In this document: piece by piece, positions 1-9,826 of the stretch
Numbering within the stretch: position 1 is the stretch's first letter
Layout: every line of letters starts with the position of its first letter
Virus record (IMG/VR): IMGVR_UViG_3300020204_000093
Location: 1-52,160 of that record
DNA: 52,160 bases
Direction: 5' to 3' (one strand)
Source: a virus
Taxonomy: Duplodnaviria > Caudoviricetes
Notes under the pieces: generated by a model
What the model was told of the DNA's origin: nothing
What the model saw: only the letters and a program-made list of their open reading frames with translations
Databases searched by the model: none
Position numbers and translations under genes: made by a program

Positions 1-225
1 AAAAACTGTATGCTCAATAACAATAGCCTCAACTAAATCATAGTAATCAAATAAGGCTTTTGTTTTCTTGTTAGCATCAATAACTTTAGCATAAATATCT
101 TTGCCCTCAAACATTATCTTCCCGTGATCTGATAATTTTTTATACGAGTATATGGTAAATGCTAGACTATTTGTGCTGGCATCAATTGCACAAATAACAT
201 CAGGCTGACTACTTGTTTTTATCAT
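1..225 (-). CDS. RuvC-like Holliday junction resolvase (runs off the left edge; not in ORF track)
   Basis: Manual translation from ATG at 225: MIKTSSQPDVICAIDASTNSLAFTIY...LVEAIVIEHTVF. The 'IxAID(A/P)S' and 'IVIE' segments match RNase H-fold RuvC catalytic motifs. Start overlaps the upstream ORF. Confidence 0.7.
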   Translation of the reverse strand, partial: MIKTSSQPDVICAIDASTNSLAFTIYSYKKLSDHGKIMFEGKDIYAKVIDANKKTKALFDYYDLVEAIVIEHTVF

Positions 226-496
226 TAGCCTTGTCCTTTATTTTTTTAATTGCTTTAGTTACTGCATCTGGATTTACAGAGCATGTATTACATATGGGGT
301 AATCGTTATATATTGATAGTGGCATAGAACACGACTTGCAAAGTCTTACCTTGCCCTTTCTTTTTGATCTTTTAGATTGAAGATACCTTGCAGCAATTTT
401 TTCTTTTGTTGCAAGGTCTCTACAACTAACAGAGCAGTATATTTGATATGATACTGACTGATCAAACTGTTTGTCACAAAAGTTACAGTGTCTCAC
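209..496 (-). CDS. Small Cys-rich zinc-binding protein
   Basis: CNFC, YCSVSC, CKSC and CNTC motifs; overlaps both neighbours. Confidence 0.6.
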   Translation of the reverse strand: MRHCNFCDKQFDQSVSYQIYCSVSCRDLATKEKIAARYLQSKRSKRKGKVRLCKSCSMPLSIYNDYPICNTCSVNPDAVTKAIKKIKDKANDKNK

Positions 497-1298
497 TAAG
501 AGTCTCCAGGCGAGGTAGTTTAACTACGCCTGTACCTGCAGACTCACATGCTTTTCTAATTGGGCATGACTTGCATATCTTGGAGTTGGACCTATAGTTC
601 TTGACTGGTAAAGTTCTATCTTCCCATGCCTTTCGAACTGTCCTCATCCAATCAAATGCCTGGTCTACCCACCGACGGTAATGATCGTTTACTTCTACAG
701 GAATCAAAAGAAGTTCATGATTGTTTTTATTTTCATAAATCATAACACCCTTTGGTCTCTTTAGAATCTTCATATATATAAGCAATTGCATTAGGTGGCC
801 AGTCTTGGCCGTACCCGATGTTTTTCTATACTCAAATCCTTCGTTTGGCACAGTTTTAATTTCACCAAGAAGTTCTTCCCCTTGCCAATCAAGCATTACA
901 TCTCCATACCCGAAGATTGGGGGATCGCTGTGTACAATCTTAAACTCAGTAGTTTCCTCATTATCATCATTACGATAAACTTTTGCTACTCCAGAGTCTA
1001 TCATTGCTGCTTGAATTCTTGCATGTGACAAAGTCCCATTAGTCATATTTGCTGCAGCATATGCATCAGCATTATCTTCAAATGTTTGACCATCAAATGC
1101 TAGGTACCAATATCTAGCACACTCTCCATTTCCATATGCAATAGTAGAAGGAGCAAAAGTCTTTTTGACTGTATGCTTTGGAACTCTTTTAATAGTATAG
1201 CCTTTGTTGATTTTTTCAGTAAGTTCAGCAACATTCATTGAATGAACTGGTTTTTCTTCTGGCTTTATCATAACCGTATGTAGTAAATTTTTTGTCAT
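483..1298 (-). CDS. Cas4-like PD-(D/E)XK exonuclease, probable 4Fe-4S cluster
   Basis: N-terminal 'PS...ECARYWY', central 'GYGD...EIKT...QLLIY', C-terminal 'CKSCPIRKAC' (1+3 Cys arrangement). Confidence 0.8.
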   Translation of the reverse strand: MTKNLLHTVMIKPEEKPVHSMNVAELTEKINKGYTIKRVPKHTVKKTFAPSTIAYGNGECARYWYLAFDGQTFEDNADAYAAANMTNGTLSHARIQAAMIDSGVAKVYRNDDNEETTEFKIVHSDPPIFGYGDVMLDWQGEELLGEIKTVPNEGFEYRKTSGTAKTGHLMQLLIYMKILKRPKGVMIYENKNNHELLLIPVEVNDHYRRWVDQAFDWMRTVRKAWEDRTLPVKNYRSNSKICKSCPIRKACESAGTGVVKLPRLETLSETL

Positions 1299-1321
1299 TA
1301 TTTCTCGTTTCTCTTAGTATA

Positions 1322-1330
1322 AGTATATCA
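1322..1330 (-). promoter_or_regulatory. Extended -10 promoter (TGATATACT)
   Basis: Intergenic; the same TGnTATA(A/C)T motif recurs upstream of many genes in the window. Confidence 0.55.
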
Positions 1331-1332
1331 GA

Positions 1333-1638
1333 TTATCGAATTATGTACTTTAAGGCAGAAACAAGATTGTTGATTGACTCTGCTGCCGTATAGTAAAGAT
1401 TCTTCTTTCCTCTGTCTGATTTGTCAACATTGGCCATCCATGTTGCCTTTAAGGACATTTTGGCAGCAATAGCCTGTAGACGAACAATCTCTACTGTGGC
1501 TACATTTAAAGGTATATCTGGTTTCATAATAATCTTAGCAATAAAGGTAAGTGCCGTAGTCAATTCCTCATCCTGCATGTATTCTGCAATTTCGGATAAA
1601 CCATTTACCATATCTATTGTTGTCTGTTGTTGTTCCAT
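1333..1638 (-). CDS. Hypothetical helical protein
   Basis: ORF abuts neighbour with 1-nt overlap; GGAGG-like RBS. Confidence 0.6.
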   Translation of the reverse strand: MEQQQTTIDMVNGLSEIAEYMQDEELTTALTFIAKIIMKPDIPLNVATVEIVRLQAIAAKMSLKATWMANVDKSDRGKKNLYYTAAESINNLVSALKYIIR

Positions 1639-1919
1639 TATTCCTCCATTAGTTCTTCTAGTATGCTCATTTCAATTATAGCAAGTCTTACCTTTGCATT
1701 ACCCTCGCCTATTACGACTACTATGGCTGGATCTTTTCCATTTCTTATAGCATCTGTAGTAGCCTTAGCCCAGATTTCTTTATTTAAAGTAAAAGATTTT
1801 TCAACCTCTTTAAAATCTAGAACGAAATTATTCCAAGACGCATCGCCTTTCTGAGTATTGCGCCCAGAGTTTTTATGCTGTCTTGCGCCTATTCTTTTGC
1901 TTTCACTTTTCTCTGTCAT
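1638..1919 (-). CDS. Small restriction-endonuclease-fold (Holliday junction resolvase-like) nuclease
   Basis: 'E...NSGR..QKGDA...VLDFKE' PD-(D/E)XK-like pattern; start placed at MTEK (1919) rather than 1946. Confidence 0.55.
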   Translation of the reverse strand: MTEKSESKRIGARQHKNSGRNTQKGDASWNNFVLDFKEVEKSFTLNKEIWAKATTDAIRNGKDPAIVVVIGEGNAKVRLAIIEMSILEELMEE

Positions 1920-2091
1920 TTTTTCTCTTCTTTGTTTTATATCCAACCTTAAACAAATGACATTCAGACAAGTGTTTATCTGAACACATCCAAGATGCCA
2001 TTCCTGTATCTAAATAAACTCTTACTGTTTTTACTTCTTGCTTACAAGTCTTACAAGGAAATTTTCCTTCGTAAACACTATAGTTAGCCAT
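1903..2091 (-). CDS. Small zinc-ribbon protein
   Basis: CKTC...CSDKH motif, overlaps both neighbours. Confidence 0.55.
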   Translation of the reverse strand: MANYSVYEGKFPCKTCKQEVKTVRVYLDTGMASWMCSDKHLSECHLFKVGYKTKKRKNDREK

Positions 2092-3094
2092 TTAGTTTAT
2101 TCTTGATAAATTCTTGCAAGTCAAGATCCTCTCTTACACGATTAACAAATGCTTCTTTACCCTGGACCTTTGTGCCATCTGGCAAAAGATACCATGCTCC
2201 TGTACGCTCTACAATTCCGTTTAACTCTGCTGTAGTAACTAAATCTCCAATAGTATCTAGCCCGAGATTGTCTCCTCTGAAATAAAAATCATATTCTCCA
2301 GATTGGAAGCCTGGAGATGTTTTTGAAAATTGCAATTCCCATTTCACAGTTCTACCAATCTTTTCTTCAATTAACTTATCCCCTACTTTAATTTTTCCTT
2401 TAATCGCTTGATTGTCTGACTCGGAACTAAACAACTTAATAATGCAAGAAGAATAAAACTTAGTAGCCTGACCACCAGAAGGCTGCTGGCTAGTATACAT
2501 AGCATTAATGTTATTACGAGACTGGCTAATAAGGACAAGCAAAGTAGGCTTAACTTTATTGTTAGCATAATTAAGCATTTTCCATGCGTTACTAAAGTCA
2601 CGAGATTCTGCTCCAATCTGCTTTGTATTTTCCAAAGGCTTCATTTCATCAGTGTCCTTTTCAAAATAAATTGCAGGAAGCAATGATGTAATAGAGTCTA
2701 CCACGATTAAATCAACACCCGCATTCATAAGTGCTACACCAACATCGACCATATCACTAATAGTTCTAGCCTGTGAGTAGATCAATTTTTCTGGATCTAC
2801 CCCCATTTTACGAGCCCAGTCTTCTGAATAAGACATTTCAGAATCAATCCATGCACACAACCTACCCTCTGCCTGTGCTAAAGCAATCATTTGAAGGCAC
2901 ATAGAGGACTTTGCAGAGGACTTTGATCCCCAGATAAGAACCTGCCTGCCGTAAGGCAAACCACCACCCAATGCTCTGTTTAGACCATAACTTGATGTTG
3001 GCTGATACTCATAGTTGACACCTACGCCACTACCTAATCTTTTTCTTAACCTAGGGTCTAACTGTGCTAACGCTTCTTCTATACTAACTGACAT
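2084..3094 (-). CDS. recA: RecA-like recombinase
   Basis: 'LNRALGGGLPYGR', Walker A GSKSSAKS, 'WIDSE', Walker B 'LIVVDSI', 'SGGQATKFYSS', 'GAWY'. Confidence 0.93.
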   Translation of the reverse strand: MSVSIEEALAQLDPRLRKRLGSGVGVNYEYQPTSSYGLNRALGGGLPYGRQVLIWGSKSSAKSSMCLQMIALAQAEGRLCAWIDSEMSYSEDWARKMGVDPEKLIYSQARTISDMVDVGVALMNAGVDLIVVDSITSLLPAIYFEKDTDEMKPLENTKQIGAESRDFSNAWKMLNYANNKVKPTLLVLISQSRNNINAMYTSQQPSGGQATKFYSSCIIKLFSSESDNQAIKGKIKVGDKLIEEKIGRTVKWELQFSKTSPGFQSGEYDFYFRGDNLGLDTIGDLVTTAELNGIVERTGAWYLLPDGTKVQGKEAFVNRVREDLDLQEFIKNKLNG

Positions 3095-6000
3095 TTACAT
3101 CCTCCAATATCACTGTTCCGTCTTTGGTCTTACCAAATTCAAATTTATATGCATTGCCTTCTTTAACATGCATATACGCTTTTGCAAAAGATGTAGGAAA
3201 TACTGTTATTGAATGAAGATCTCTCTTGGTATCTGCTAGGGTAAGTGAAGCCATTCTTTTTCCATTCTTGGTTGTTCTAGGTTTAAATGATATAACAAAC
3301 ATTTCATTATCTTTATATGGCAACATTCTGTAATTTAAAAACTTAACCAATGCTGCACCAGAATTTTTTATTTCATCAGCAGGAACTGCAGACACAATCC
3401 TGTTATTATCACAAAGGACCAAATAAGAACGACCTGTCTCAATAGTCGTATTTTCATCATCAAATACACCGACAGACCCAGTTTTGTCCAAAATTTCAAC
3501 TCTAGACCACCCTTTCCCTCTCTTAATTGATTTTACCATACCCAGAAAAATATAGCAACCCTTATCATCAAAATCTACTATATCTTGAATAAAAGCATAA
3601 TAGTGAGAGGGAATGGTAATATTAAACTCTGGAAGGTTTAAATACTCATAAAGGTTTTCTTTAATTGTTTTATCATCCCTTGGGTTATCTGGAAATGTTG
3701 CAGCACCAATAGCCTTTAGTGCTTGAAGTGCCCTGCTGTTTACACCATTTCCCTTAGTAAATGTGAACGCTTCAAGTTCTGCATAAGACTTAAAAGGTCG
3801 TGCCTGTATATATCGTTCTGCAATCTTATCAGATATAAATTTGATTGCCGTGAGTCCGAACCGAATACCCTTACCCTCAATTTTAAAATCAATATCCGAA
3901 TCATTAATATGAGGTAGTTTAACGACAATGCCCATTCTTTTCGCTTCAATAAGATATTCAGTTCTCGCATCTTTATCTCCTTCATTTTTAAGCACTGAGT
4001 ACATAAACTCAAGTGGGTAATAATACTTTAACCATGCAGTCCAATACGATAGTGTTGAATATGCTACTGCGTGTGACTTGTTAAATGAGTACCCTGCGTG
4101 AGCCTCAAAGTCATGCCACAGATCACGAGCAGCATTTGGAGCAATAAACCTAGATGCTCCTTCTACGAACCTCTCTTTAAACTGATCAAATTCTTTAGCA
4201 TCTTTTTTCTTTCCAATAATCTTTCTAACTTTATCTGCTTCCGACATGGACATACCGCCAAGGTGTACGCATGCTTGCATAACCTGTTCCTGGTAAAGAA
4301 TACAGCCATATGTGTCCTCCGTAAACTCTTTTAATACTTGGTGGGTATATCCAATATTTTGACGACCATGCTTGCGTTCAATATAATCTTTCCCAATTGT
4401 ATTCATTGCACCTGGGCGAACAAGAGCATTTGATGCTGCAAGTTCGGCAAGATTTTTTACACCCATTTTAATAAGAAGATTAGTATATGGCGCTGCTTCA
4501 CATTGAAACACACCCTTTGTGTGTCCATCAGAAAGCATTTGATAAACATTGGTATCGTCCATTTTTATTTTAAGAAGGTCTATCTTTTTGCCATTTCTAT
4601 CTTTAATAATATCAATAGTATCTTTTAAGACAGACAATGTTTTAAGGCCTAGTGCGTCAATTTTAATAAGGCCAATTTTTTCAGCCTCTTCCATGTCAAT
4701 ACCAACCACTGGAATACGATCATCAGATCCAGCAGAAGAGCGAGTCTCTAGTGGTGCATATCTAAAGATTGGATCTTTGCTAGTAACCACACCAGCAGCA
4801 TGGATGCCAGTGCCCCTAATACGACCTCGAAGTTGTTCTCCATATATTTCCACTTCTGGATACTTTTCACGGAACTCTAGTGTTGATTTTGATGTACAGT
4901 AGTCATCCCAAGAATCAACAGTTTTTAATACTTTGTTTACATCTGACAGAGGTATATTTAAAACTCTAGCAACATCTCTTACTATTCCTTTTCCAGTAAA
5001 TTGTAAAAATGTAGCAATAGAAGCAACATGCCTATATTGTCTGACAAGATAATCTTTTACTTCTTCACGACGAGTATCTTGAATATCTGTATCAATATCA
5101 GGAAAGTCATTACGCTCTGGATTAATAAATCGGAAAAACAAAAGATTATGTTCTATTGGATCAATGTCAGTAATTCCTAGGGCATAGCAAACCAAAGATC
5201 CAGCAGAAGATCCTCGACCTGGACCAACTAGAATGTCTTCTTTCTTTGCCCAGTTAATCATATTGCTAACAACCAAAAAGTATGGAGCGAATTTTTTTTC
5301 ACGAATAATCAATAACTCTTCTTCAAGTCTTTGTTCATATATATCGTTTCCAAGCCAGTTGCTATTTAATCTCTTTTCTTCTAAACCTGCAAATGCTAAA
5401 TCTGCCAACTCTTGATCTGGATTTCTATATTGTACTGGCAAAAGGTTTAAGCCTTCTTGTATATCGTAATCCTCTATCATGTTTGCCAATTCTATTGTGT
5501 TTGAGTATATGTCTTCCCTATCTATACCCTGAGACTCCATGGCTGACTTCATTTCTTCATAAGACAACAAATGTATATCAAACTTGTTAAATGTTACTTC
5601 TCTGTCTTTGCCATATAATAAATCTAGTCTGTCCATCATACATGAACACTTTGCTGACTTTGCATAAGAAACATCTTTGGAAACCTTTGCGTGAGCATTC
5701 ATGATAAGTTTAAACTCTTGAATCTCTTTTTGTCCTGGATGTGAATGATGACAATCTGGAGTCACGATAGCCTTAATATTAAACTCGTCTGCCAAATCAA
5801 GAAGATATTTGTTTATGTGTGCTTGGTTGTGTGGCATTACCTCAATATAATAATCACTGCCAAATTGATCCTTAAACCATGTTATGTACTTCTTAGCAAG
5901 GGCAAACTCTTCTTCTTCTAATGCTTTTACTAAAACGCTACTTGGACATGCAGATGAAACTATAATACCTTCTTTGTATTTTTCTAATACCTTAAAATCA

Positions 6001-6371
6001 AATCTAGGCTTTTTAAAAAAACCATCTGTCCATGCTAATTCGCTAATCTTGTTTAGATTTTCTAAACCTATTTTATTCTTGGCTAGAAGGATAATATGGT
6101 TATAAACAAGATCTTGCTGACCCTGCCTTTCAGACTTATCTCTTTTATCAGATATGTCTGCACACATGTATCCTTCTAGACCAAGAATTGGCTTAATGCC
6201 CTTTGCTTTTGCAACTCGATACAGTTCTCTATGCCCAGATAATGTTCCGTGATCCGTGATAGCCAATGCTGGCATACCAAGTTCAACTGCTCGGTCTACT
6301 AATTCTTCTGGAGTAGCAATCCCATCAAAAAGACTAAAATGGGTATGGACATGTAAGCCTACGTAGTTCAT
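3084..6371 (-). CDS. dnaE: DNA polymerase III alpha subunit (family C)
   Basis: PHP motifs 'LHVHTHFSLFDG' and 'AITDHG'; 'GPGRGSSAGSLV', 'FPDIDTD', 'GIHAAGVV', 'KIDALGL', 'YSFNKSHAVAY'. Confidence 0.97.
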   Translation of the reverse strand: MNYVGLHVHTHFSLFDGIATPEELVDRAVELGMPALAITDHGTLSGHRELYRVAKAKGIKPILGLEGYMCADISDKRDKSERQGQQDLVYNHIILLAKNKIGLENLNKISELAWTDGFFKKPRFDFKVLEKYKEGIIVSSACPSSVLVKALEEEEFALAKKYITWFKDQFGSDYYIEVMPHNQAHINKYLLDLADEFNIKAIVTPDCHHSHPGQKEIQEFKLIMNAHAKVSKDVSYAKSAKCSCMMDRLDLLYGKDREVTFNKFDIHLLSYEEMKSAMESQGIDREDIYSNTIELANMIEDYDIQEGLNLLPVQYRNPDQELADLAFAGLEEKRLNSNWLGNDIYEQRLEEELLIIREKKFAPYFLVVSNMINWAKKEDILVGPGRGSSAGSLVCYALGITDIDPIEHNLLFFRFINPERNDFPDIDTDIQDTRREEVKDYLVRQYRHVASIATFLQFTGKGIVRDVARVLNIPLSDVNKVLKTVDSWDDYCTSKSTLEFREKYPEVEIYGEQLRGRIRGTGIHAAGVVTSKDPIFRYAPLETRSSAGSDDRIPVVGIDMEEAEKIGLIKIDALGLKTLSVLKDTIDIIKDRNGKKIDLLKIKMDDTNVYQMLSDGHTKGVFQCEAAPYTNLLIKMGVKNLAELAASNALVRPGAMNTIGKDYIERKHGRQNIGYTHQVLKEFTEDTYGCILYQEQVMQACVHLGGMSMSEADKVRKIIGKKKDAKEFDQFKERFVEGASRFIAPNAARDLWHDFEAHAGYSFNKSHAVAYSTLSYWTAWLKYYYPLEFMYSVLKNEGDKDARTEYLIEAKRMGIVVKLPHINDSDIDFKIEGKGIRFGLTAIKFISDKIAERYIQARPFKSYAELEAFTFTKGNGVNSRALQALKAIGAATFPDNPRDDKTIKENLYEYLNLPEFNITIPSHYYAFIQDIVDFDDKGCYIFLGMVKSIKRGKGWSRVEILDKTGSVGVFDDENTTIETGRSYLVLCDNNRIVSAVPADEIKNSGAALVKFLNYRMLPYKDNEMFVISFKPRTTKNGKRMASLTLADTKRDLHSITVFPTSFAKAYMHVKEGNAYKFEFGKTKDGTVILEDVNVS

Positions 6372-6372
6372 C

Positions 6373-7029
6373 TTACCAATCAGTATTGGTAGACGATGTT
6401 ACGGATGGACTGTCAAAGCCTAGGTAGAACGCTTCTTGTTCCGCATATGGAATCTTTTTTAGTGCTGACTCCAACGGATAAGGCTCGATATCTTTCCAAT
6501 CGAATGGCTCCTTATCTGGTGCTGATGGAATTAGTGTGTAATTGGTTTCAGTTCCCTGTCCATTACGCTTTAATTTCCACACTACATTTGAGATGCTTCC
6601 TGTTTCAAGAGCATACTCACGAATTGTGTTAAATGATGATTGTTTACTGATACCCATTGACCAGATAGCAACGTATGGTGCTTCGATACCGTCGTCTACT
6701 AAGACGTTACAATAAAAACGAAGACGGCCACGCCATCCAGCCTTTGGATCTTTGCGATGCATTTCTTCTGCCCAGTCACGGCCTTCTGATTCCATAGTGT
6801 CTACAGCCTTGCGCTTATAGTCTTTTGGATTAACATGTTCCTTAACAACAAGTGCTAGGCCACGCTTTTCGCTATAATTTGCAGAATCCTCATCTAGTTC
6901 TTCGATGAAGCGAATCTTTACAGATTGTCCATCTGCAAGTTTTAGCCACTTTACCTTTGGTCCATCATTTTCATATTTTGGTCTGTCGAGCAGGGCATTA
7001 ATGTTTTTGATTCCCTTTACAATGCTCAT
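6373..7029 (-). CDS. Putative single-stranded DNA-binding protein (gp32-like)
   Basis: Lies between primase and polymerase; 'WLKLADGQSVKIRF', 'KLKRNGQGTETNYTL', acidic/aromatic C-terminal tip (..NTDW). Confidence 0.65.
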   Translation of the reverse strand: MSIVKGIKNINALLDRPKYENDGPKVKWLKLADGQSVKIRFIEELDEDSANYSEKRGLALVVKEHVNPKDYKRKAVDTMESEGRDWAEEMHRKDPKAGWRGRLRFYCNVLVDDGIEAPYVAIWSMGISKQSSFNTIREYALETGSISNVVWKLKRNGQGTETNYTLIPSAPDKEPFDWKDIEPYPLESALKKIPYAEQEAFYLGFDSPSVTSSTNTDW

Positions 7030-7051
7030 ATATTTCTCCTTTGTGTTTGTA

Positions 7052-7996
7052 TTAGTTTAGCATAGACTCTATGCTTTTGTCAAACGAAAATCCTAAACTT
7101 TTAATCTCTTCGTCTGGCATATCGCCTATGTCTTTATATTGTTTGTTTATTTTAATAACAGAAACACGAGAGCCAAGCCTTTCAACTATCCTGTCTTTCA
7201 TGTTTCCTCCTGCTTCATCATTATCTGCAACAACAAAAATGTTGTTAAAATATTTTTGAAGCAATTCTATTTGTTTGTTCGATACATTCGCTCCCAATGT
7301 TGCGATTGCAGGAATTCCTAGTTGGTCTAGTCTTATAGCATCAAAAGAAGACTCAACTATATATACCTTATCAGACTTCTTTACACGATGCAAATTAAAA
7401 AGGGTTTTGCTTTTTGGTAGTCCTGGTGTATTCTTAAAATCTTTTCCTTCAACAGATCTTCCAACAAATCCTAACAATATTCCGTCTGGGCTATGAACTG
7501 GAACTGTAACCATGTCTTGCTTTTCTGAATACCCCAAAGAGAACTTGCTACAAGAATTTTGTGTTATTTTACGATATGCAAAATAGTTTTTAGGCCTATC
7601 TAAAGAAATAAGATTATTATGTAAGCGTTTAATTATTAACTCATCAAACGGCTTATATTTTTCTTTCTCAACCAATGCACGATCAATTTCTACTGCAAGA
7701 TTGCTAACCTTCTCTTTGCTTTTTATAAATCTTGCTGCCTCAAAATATGTTCTGCCAGAAGTGTGCATTACTAATTCTATAAGATCTGCAGATTTTTGAC
7801 AAGAAAAACAAAAGAACATTCCGCTATTTTTTTGTACTTCTCCTGCTGGCGTTCTGTGATTATTATGAAACGGACAAAATATTATAAAGTCAGCATCTAG
7901 TTCAGACTCTATGTTTATGCCCGACCCCGCAAGGACTCGCTTGACCTGTTCTGCGGTATAGGAATTGGATTGGTTCCATCTACCCCTGCTATCCAT
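7052..7996 (-). CDS. dnaG: DNA primase (CHC2 zinc finger + TOPRIM)
   Basis: 'CPFH...FFCFSC', 'GFVGR', 'IVESSFDAI', 'ADNDEAG'. Confidence 0.92.
   Translation of the reverse strand: MDSRGRWNQSNSYTAEQVKRVLAGSGINIESELDADFIIFCPFHNNHRTPAGEVQKNSGMFFCFSCQKSADLIELVMHTSGRTYFEAARFIKSKEKVSNLAVEIDRALVEKEKYKPFDELIIKRLHNNLISLDRPKNYFAYRKITQNSCSKFSLGYSEKQDMVTVPVHSPDGILLGFVGRSVEGKDFKNTPGLPKSKTLFNLHRVKKSDKVYIVESSFDAIRLDQLGIPAIATLGANVSNKQIELLQKYFNNIFVVADNDEAGGNMKDRIVERLGSRVSVIKINKQYKDIGDMPDEEIKSLGFSFDKSIESMLN
7054..7062 (-). promoter_or_regulatory. Extended -10 promoter (TGCTAAACT) for the SSB/dnaE operon
   Basis: Motif upstream of the AAAGGAG RBS of the 7029 ORF. Confidence 0.45.
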
Positions 7997-8268
7997 TCGC
8001 TCTTCCTTTTCCCTGCGTAAACTCCGTGTATAGATAATTCAAATTCAAAAAACCCTTTTATCTCATTATACCTTATTGTAAAGTCTGGGTCAATATCAAA
8101 TCTTGGTACATACCCACACAACCTCATTTCTGAGACCAACAATCTTATATATTCAATTTTTAATCTTCCTAAAAGAGCCTCATCCTGAATAACGCCATCA
8201 ATAAAAAACTTCCTTAAAGGCTTATGGTGATAGAAATCTGGCGGGATGTTCTCCTTATTTTTTGACAT
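7915..8268 (-). CDS. Hypothetical protein
   Basis: ORF between helicase and primase with TATAAT 5 nt upstream of the ATG. Confidence 0.6.
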   Translation of the reverse strand: MSKNKENIPPDFYHHKPLRKFFIDGVIQDEALLGRLKIEYIRLLVSEMRLCGYVPRFDIDPDFTIRYNEIKGFFEFELSIHGVYAGKRKSEWIAGVDGTNPIPIPQNRSSESLRGRA

Positions 8269-8274
8269 ACCATA

Positions 8275-9501
8275 TTATACCTGCTTATCTTCAAAGTCTT
8301 TATACCTATAGTATCCCTTGTCAAAATCACACTGTACTAGAAAATCACCCATAAACCCATTTCGGTTCTTTCTAAAAGCACACTCAATAACATCACTATT
8401 GGCACCACGACCTAGGGCCAGCACCCAGTCAGCGTCATATGCAATCTGCCTTGACCATGCTGTTTGACCAAGCGTTGGGACAGCCTCTAGTTTGGTCACA
8501 TCGTCTGGGGTAGCAGAAGAAATAGCGATAATGGGAACTTCTTCTGCAATGGCCATTAGTTTAAGTTCACGAGATAGGTTTTTCATGCGTACCGTCTCAT
8601 TTTCAGATTTTTGGTTTGGAGACATTAGTTGTAGGTAGTCAACAATAACGAAGTCTGGCTTATACTGATCTATCTTTCCACGAAGCACAGATGGGTTAAT
8701 TTCTCCACCCTGATCGTTTGAAACAATGTGGAACTCTGGCTTGCCTTGTAGATTTTTACTATGCCAATCTTTTAGCATCTCTAGTTCAATTTCTCCATTG
8801 CTAAGTTTTCTATGAGACCAACGGCCCTCGCCCATAATTGTAAATACACGATTGCGAACTTCTGCCTCGCTCATTTCAAGGCTTATGATTAGTGGGCTAC
8901 GACCCTGTTTCCAAGCCTGTACGGCGAAATAGAGAGCCAACCACGACTTTCCTATACCTGGATATGCAAGGAACACTCCCAACTGCCCTGGCATGATTCC
9001 AGAAGGTAAATAGTTATCAAACCCTGGAAGCCCAGTCTTAATCCCAATATATCCCAGTTCCTTCTGCTTCTTTACATTTTCAAAATATGCAATGGCAGAC
9101 TCTAAGTCTGTTACATCAATATCTCTAATAGCAGCAGTATTCTTTTTTAACTCTGATGTCTGAGTAATTAAATTTTCTAACGCTTTACCGCCCTCGCCCT
9201 GCTGTACATCAGTAGCAGCAGACCTAAGAATATCTTTTAGACTATCCCTTAAGTATTCACCTTGCAGTTCTTCAAGGTGGTGCCTTGTTGCTCCAACGCC
9301 TGGAACTGGATCAAAGTCTCTAAACTTTTCTCTAACTAGGTCACTTGGTGGCAAGGAAGAATTATTTTCAAAATACAGTCTTATGAAATTCCAAATATCT
9401 CCGTGTGTTTTTAAGAGGTTTTCTACATTAGCCTGTAAGAGAACATGTATTTGCTTGTCTTGCAGCACTGCAGAAATTAATTTAGATTCTACATCGTTCA
9501 T
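8275..9501 (-). CDS. dnaB: Replicative DNA helicase (DnaB family)
   Basis: Walker A 'AYPGIGKS', 'ISLEMS', 'VIVDYLQLM', 'SRELKLMA', 'YDADWVL', 'KNRNG'. Confidence 0.95.
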   Translation of the reverse strand: MNDVESKLISAVLQDKQIHVLLQANVENLLKTHGDIWNFIRLYFENNSSLPPSDLVREKFRDFDPVPGVGATRHHLEELQGEYLRDSLKDILRSAATDVQQGEGGKALENLITQTSELKKNTAAIRDIDVTDLESAIAYFENVKKQKELGYIGIKTGLPGFDNYLPSGIMPGQLGVFLAYPGIGKSWLALYFAVQAWKQGRSPLIISLEMSEAEVRNRVFTIMGEGRWSHRKLSNGEIELEMLKDWHSKNLQGKPEFHIVSNDQGGEINPSVLRGKIDQYKPDFVIVDYLQLMSPNQKSENETVRMKNLSRELKLMAIAEEVPIIAISSATPDDVTKLEAVPTLGQTAWSRQIAYDADWVLALGRGANSDVIECAFRKNRNGFMGDFLVQCDFDKGYYRYKDFEDKQV

Positions 9502-9626
9502 CGTGAAACCCTATACAATATTACCACCTGCAGCATAAATACAATTAATGCGCTAATAGTCCTAATTAATCCCATCTTATGGTTGTGTTTATCGCACCAT
9601 CTTTCTAAGCGGTCTCTTTGTTCCAT
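9498..9626 (-). CDS. 42-aa single-pass membrane microprotein (not in ORF track)
   Basis: Manual translation MEQRDRLERWCDKHNHKMGLIRTISALIVFMLQVVILYRVSR*; GGGGGAGG RBS just upstream; ATGA overlap with the dnaB start. Confidence 0.65.
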   Translation of the reverse strand: MEQRDRLERWCDKHNHKMGLIRTISALIVFMLQVVILYRVSR

Positions 9627-9826
9627 GACCTCCCCCATCTAACCCTAAGCCAAGTTCTCTCATGTATATAATATAAAATAAAATTAATAACATTTGACAC
9701 AATTGTAAACGATACAGTAAAGGCAATATCCCTAGTGTAATACCAAGCAAGCACAAAGGTGCTAATGATTGCTATGATTCTCCATGTCAAGGCCTTGGTC
9801 AATGACCTTGCTTTTGTACTATTCAC
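9605..9826 (-). CDS. DUF2061-like small membrane protein
   Basis: 'RSLTKALTWRIIA...YYIHERTWLRVRWG' pattern, two hydrophobic helices. Confidence 0.8.
   Translation of the reverse strand: MNSTKARSLTKALTWRIIAIISTFVLAWYYTRDIAFTVSFTIVSNVINFILYYIHERTWLRVRWGRSWNKETA

Noticed and set aside
483-1298. Cas4-like gene as part of a CRISPR-Cas system
   Set aside because: No other cas genes or array. Stand-alone Cas4-like nucleases are common in phage recombination modules.
3084-6371. Intein or intron in dnaE (also checked dnaB, recA, nrdJ)
   Set aside because: Protein lengths are ordinary and no C/S...HN splice motifs or homing endonuclease inserts were seen.
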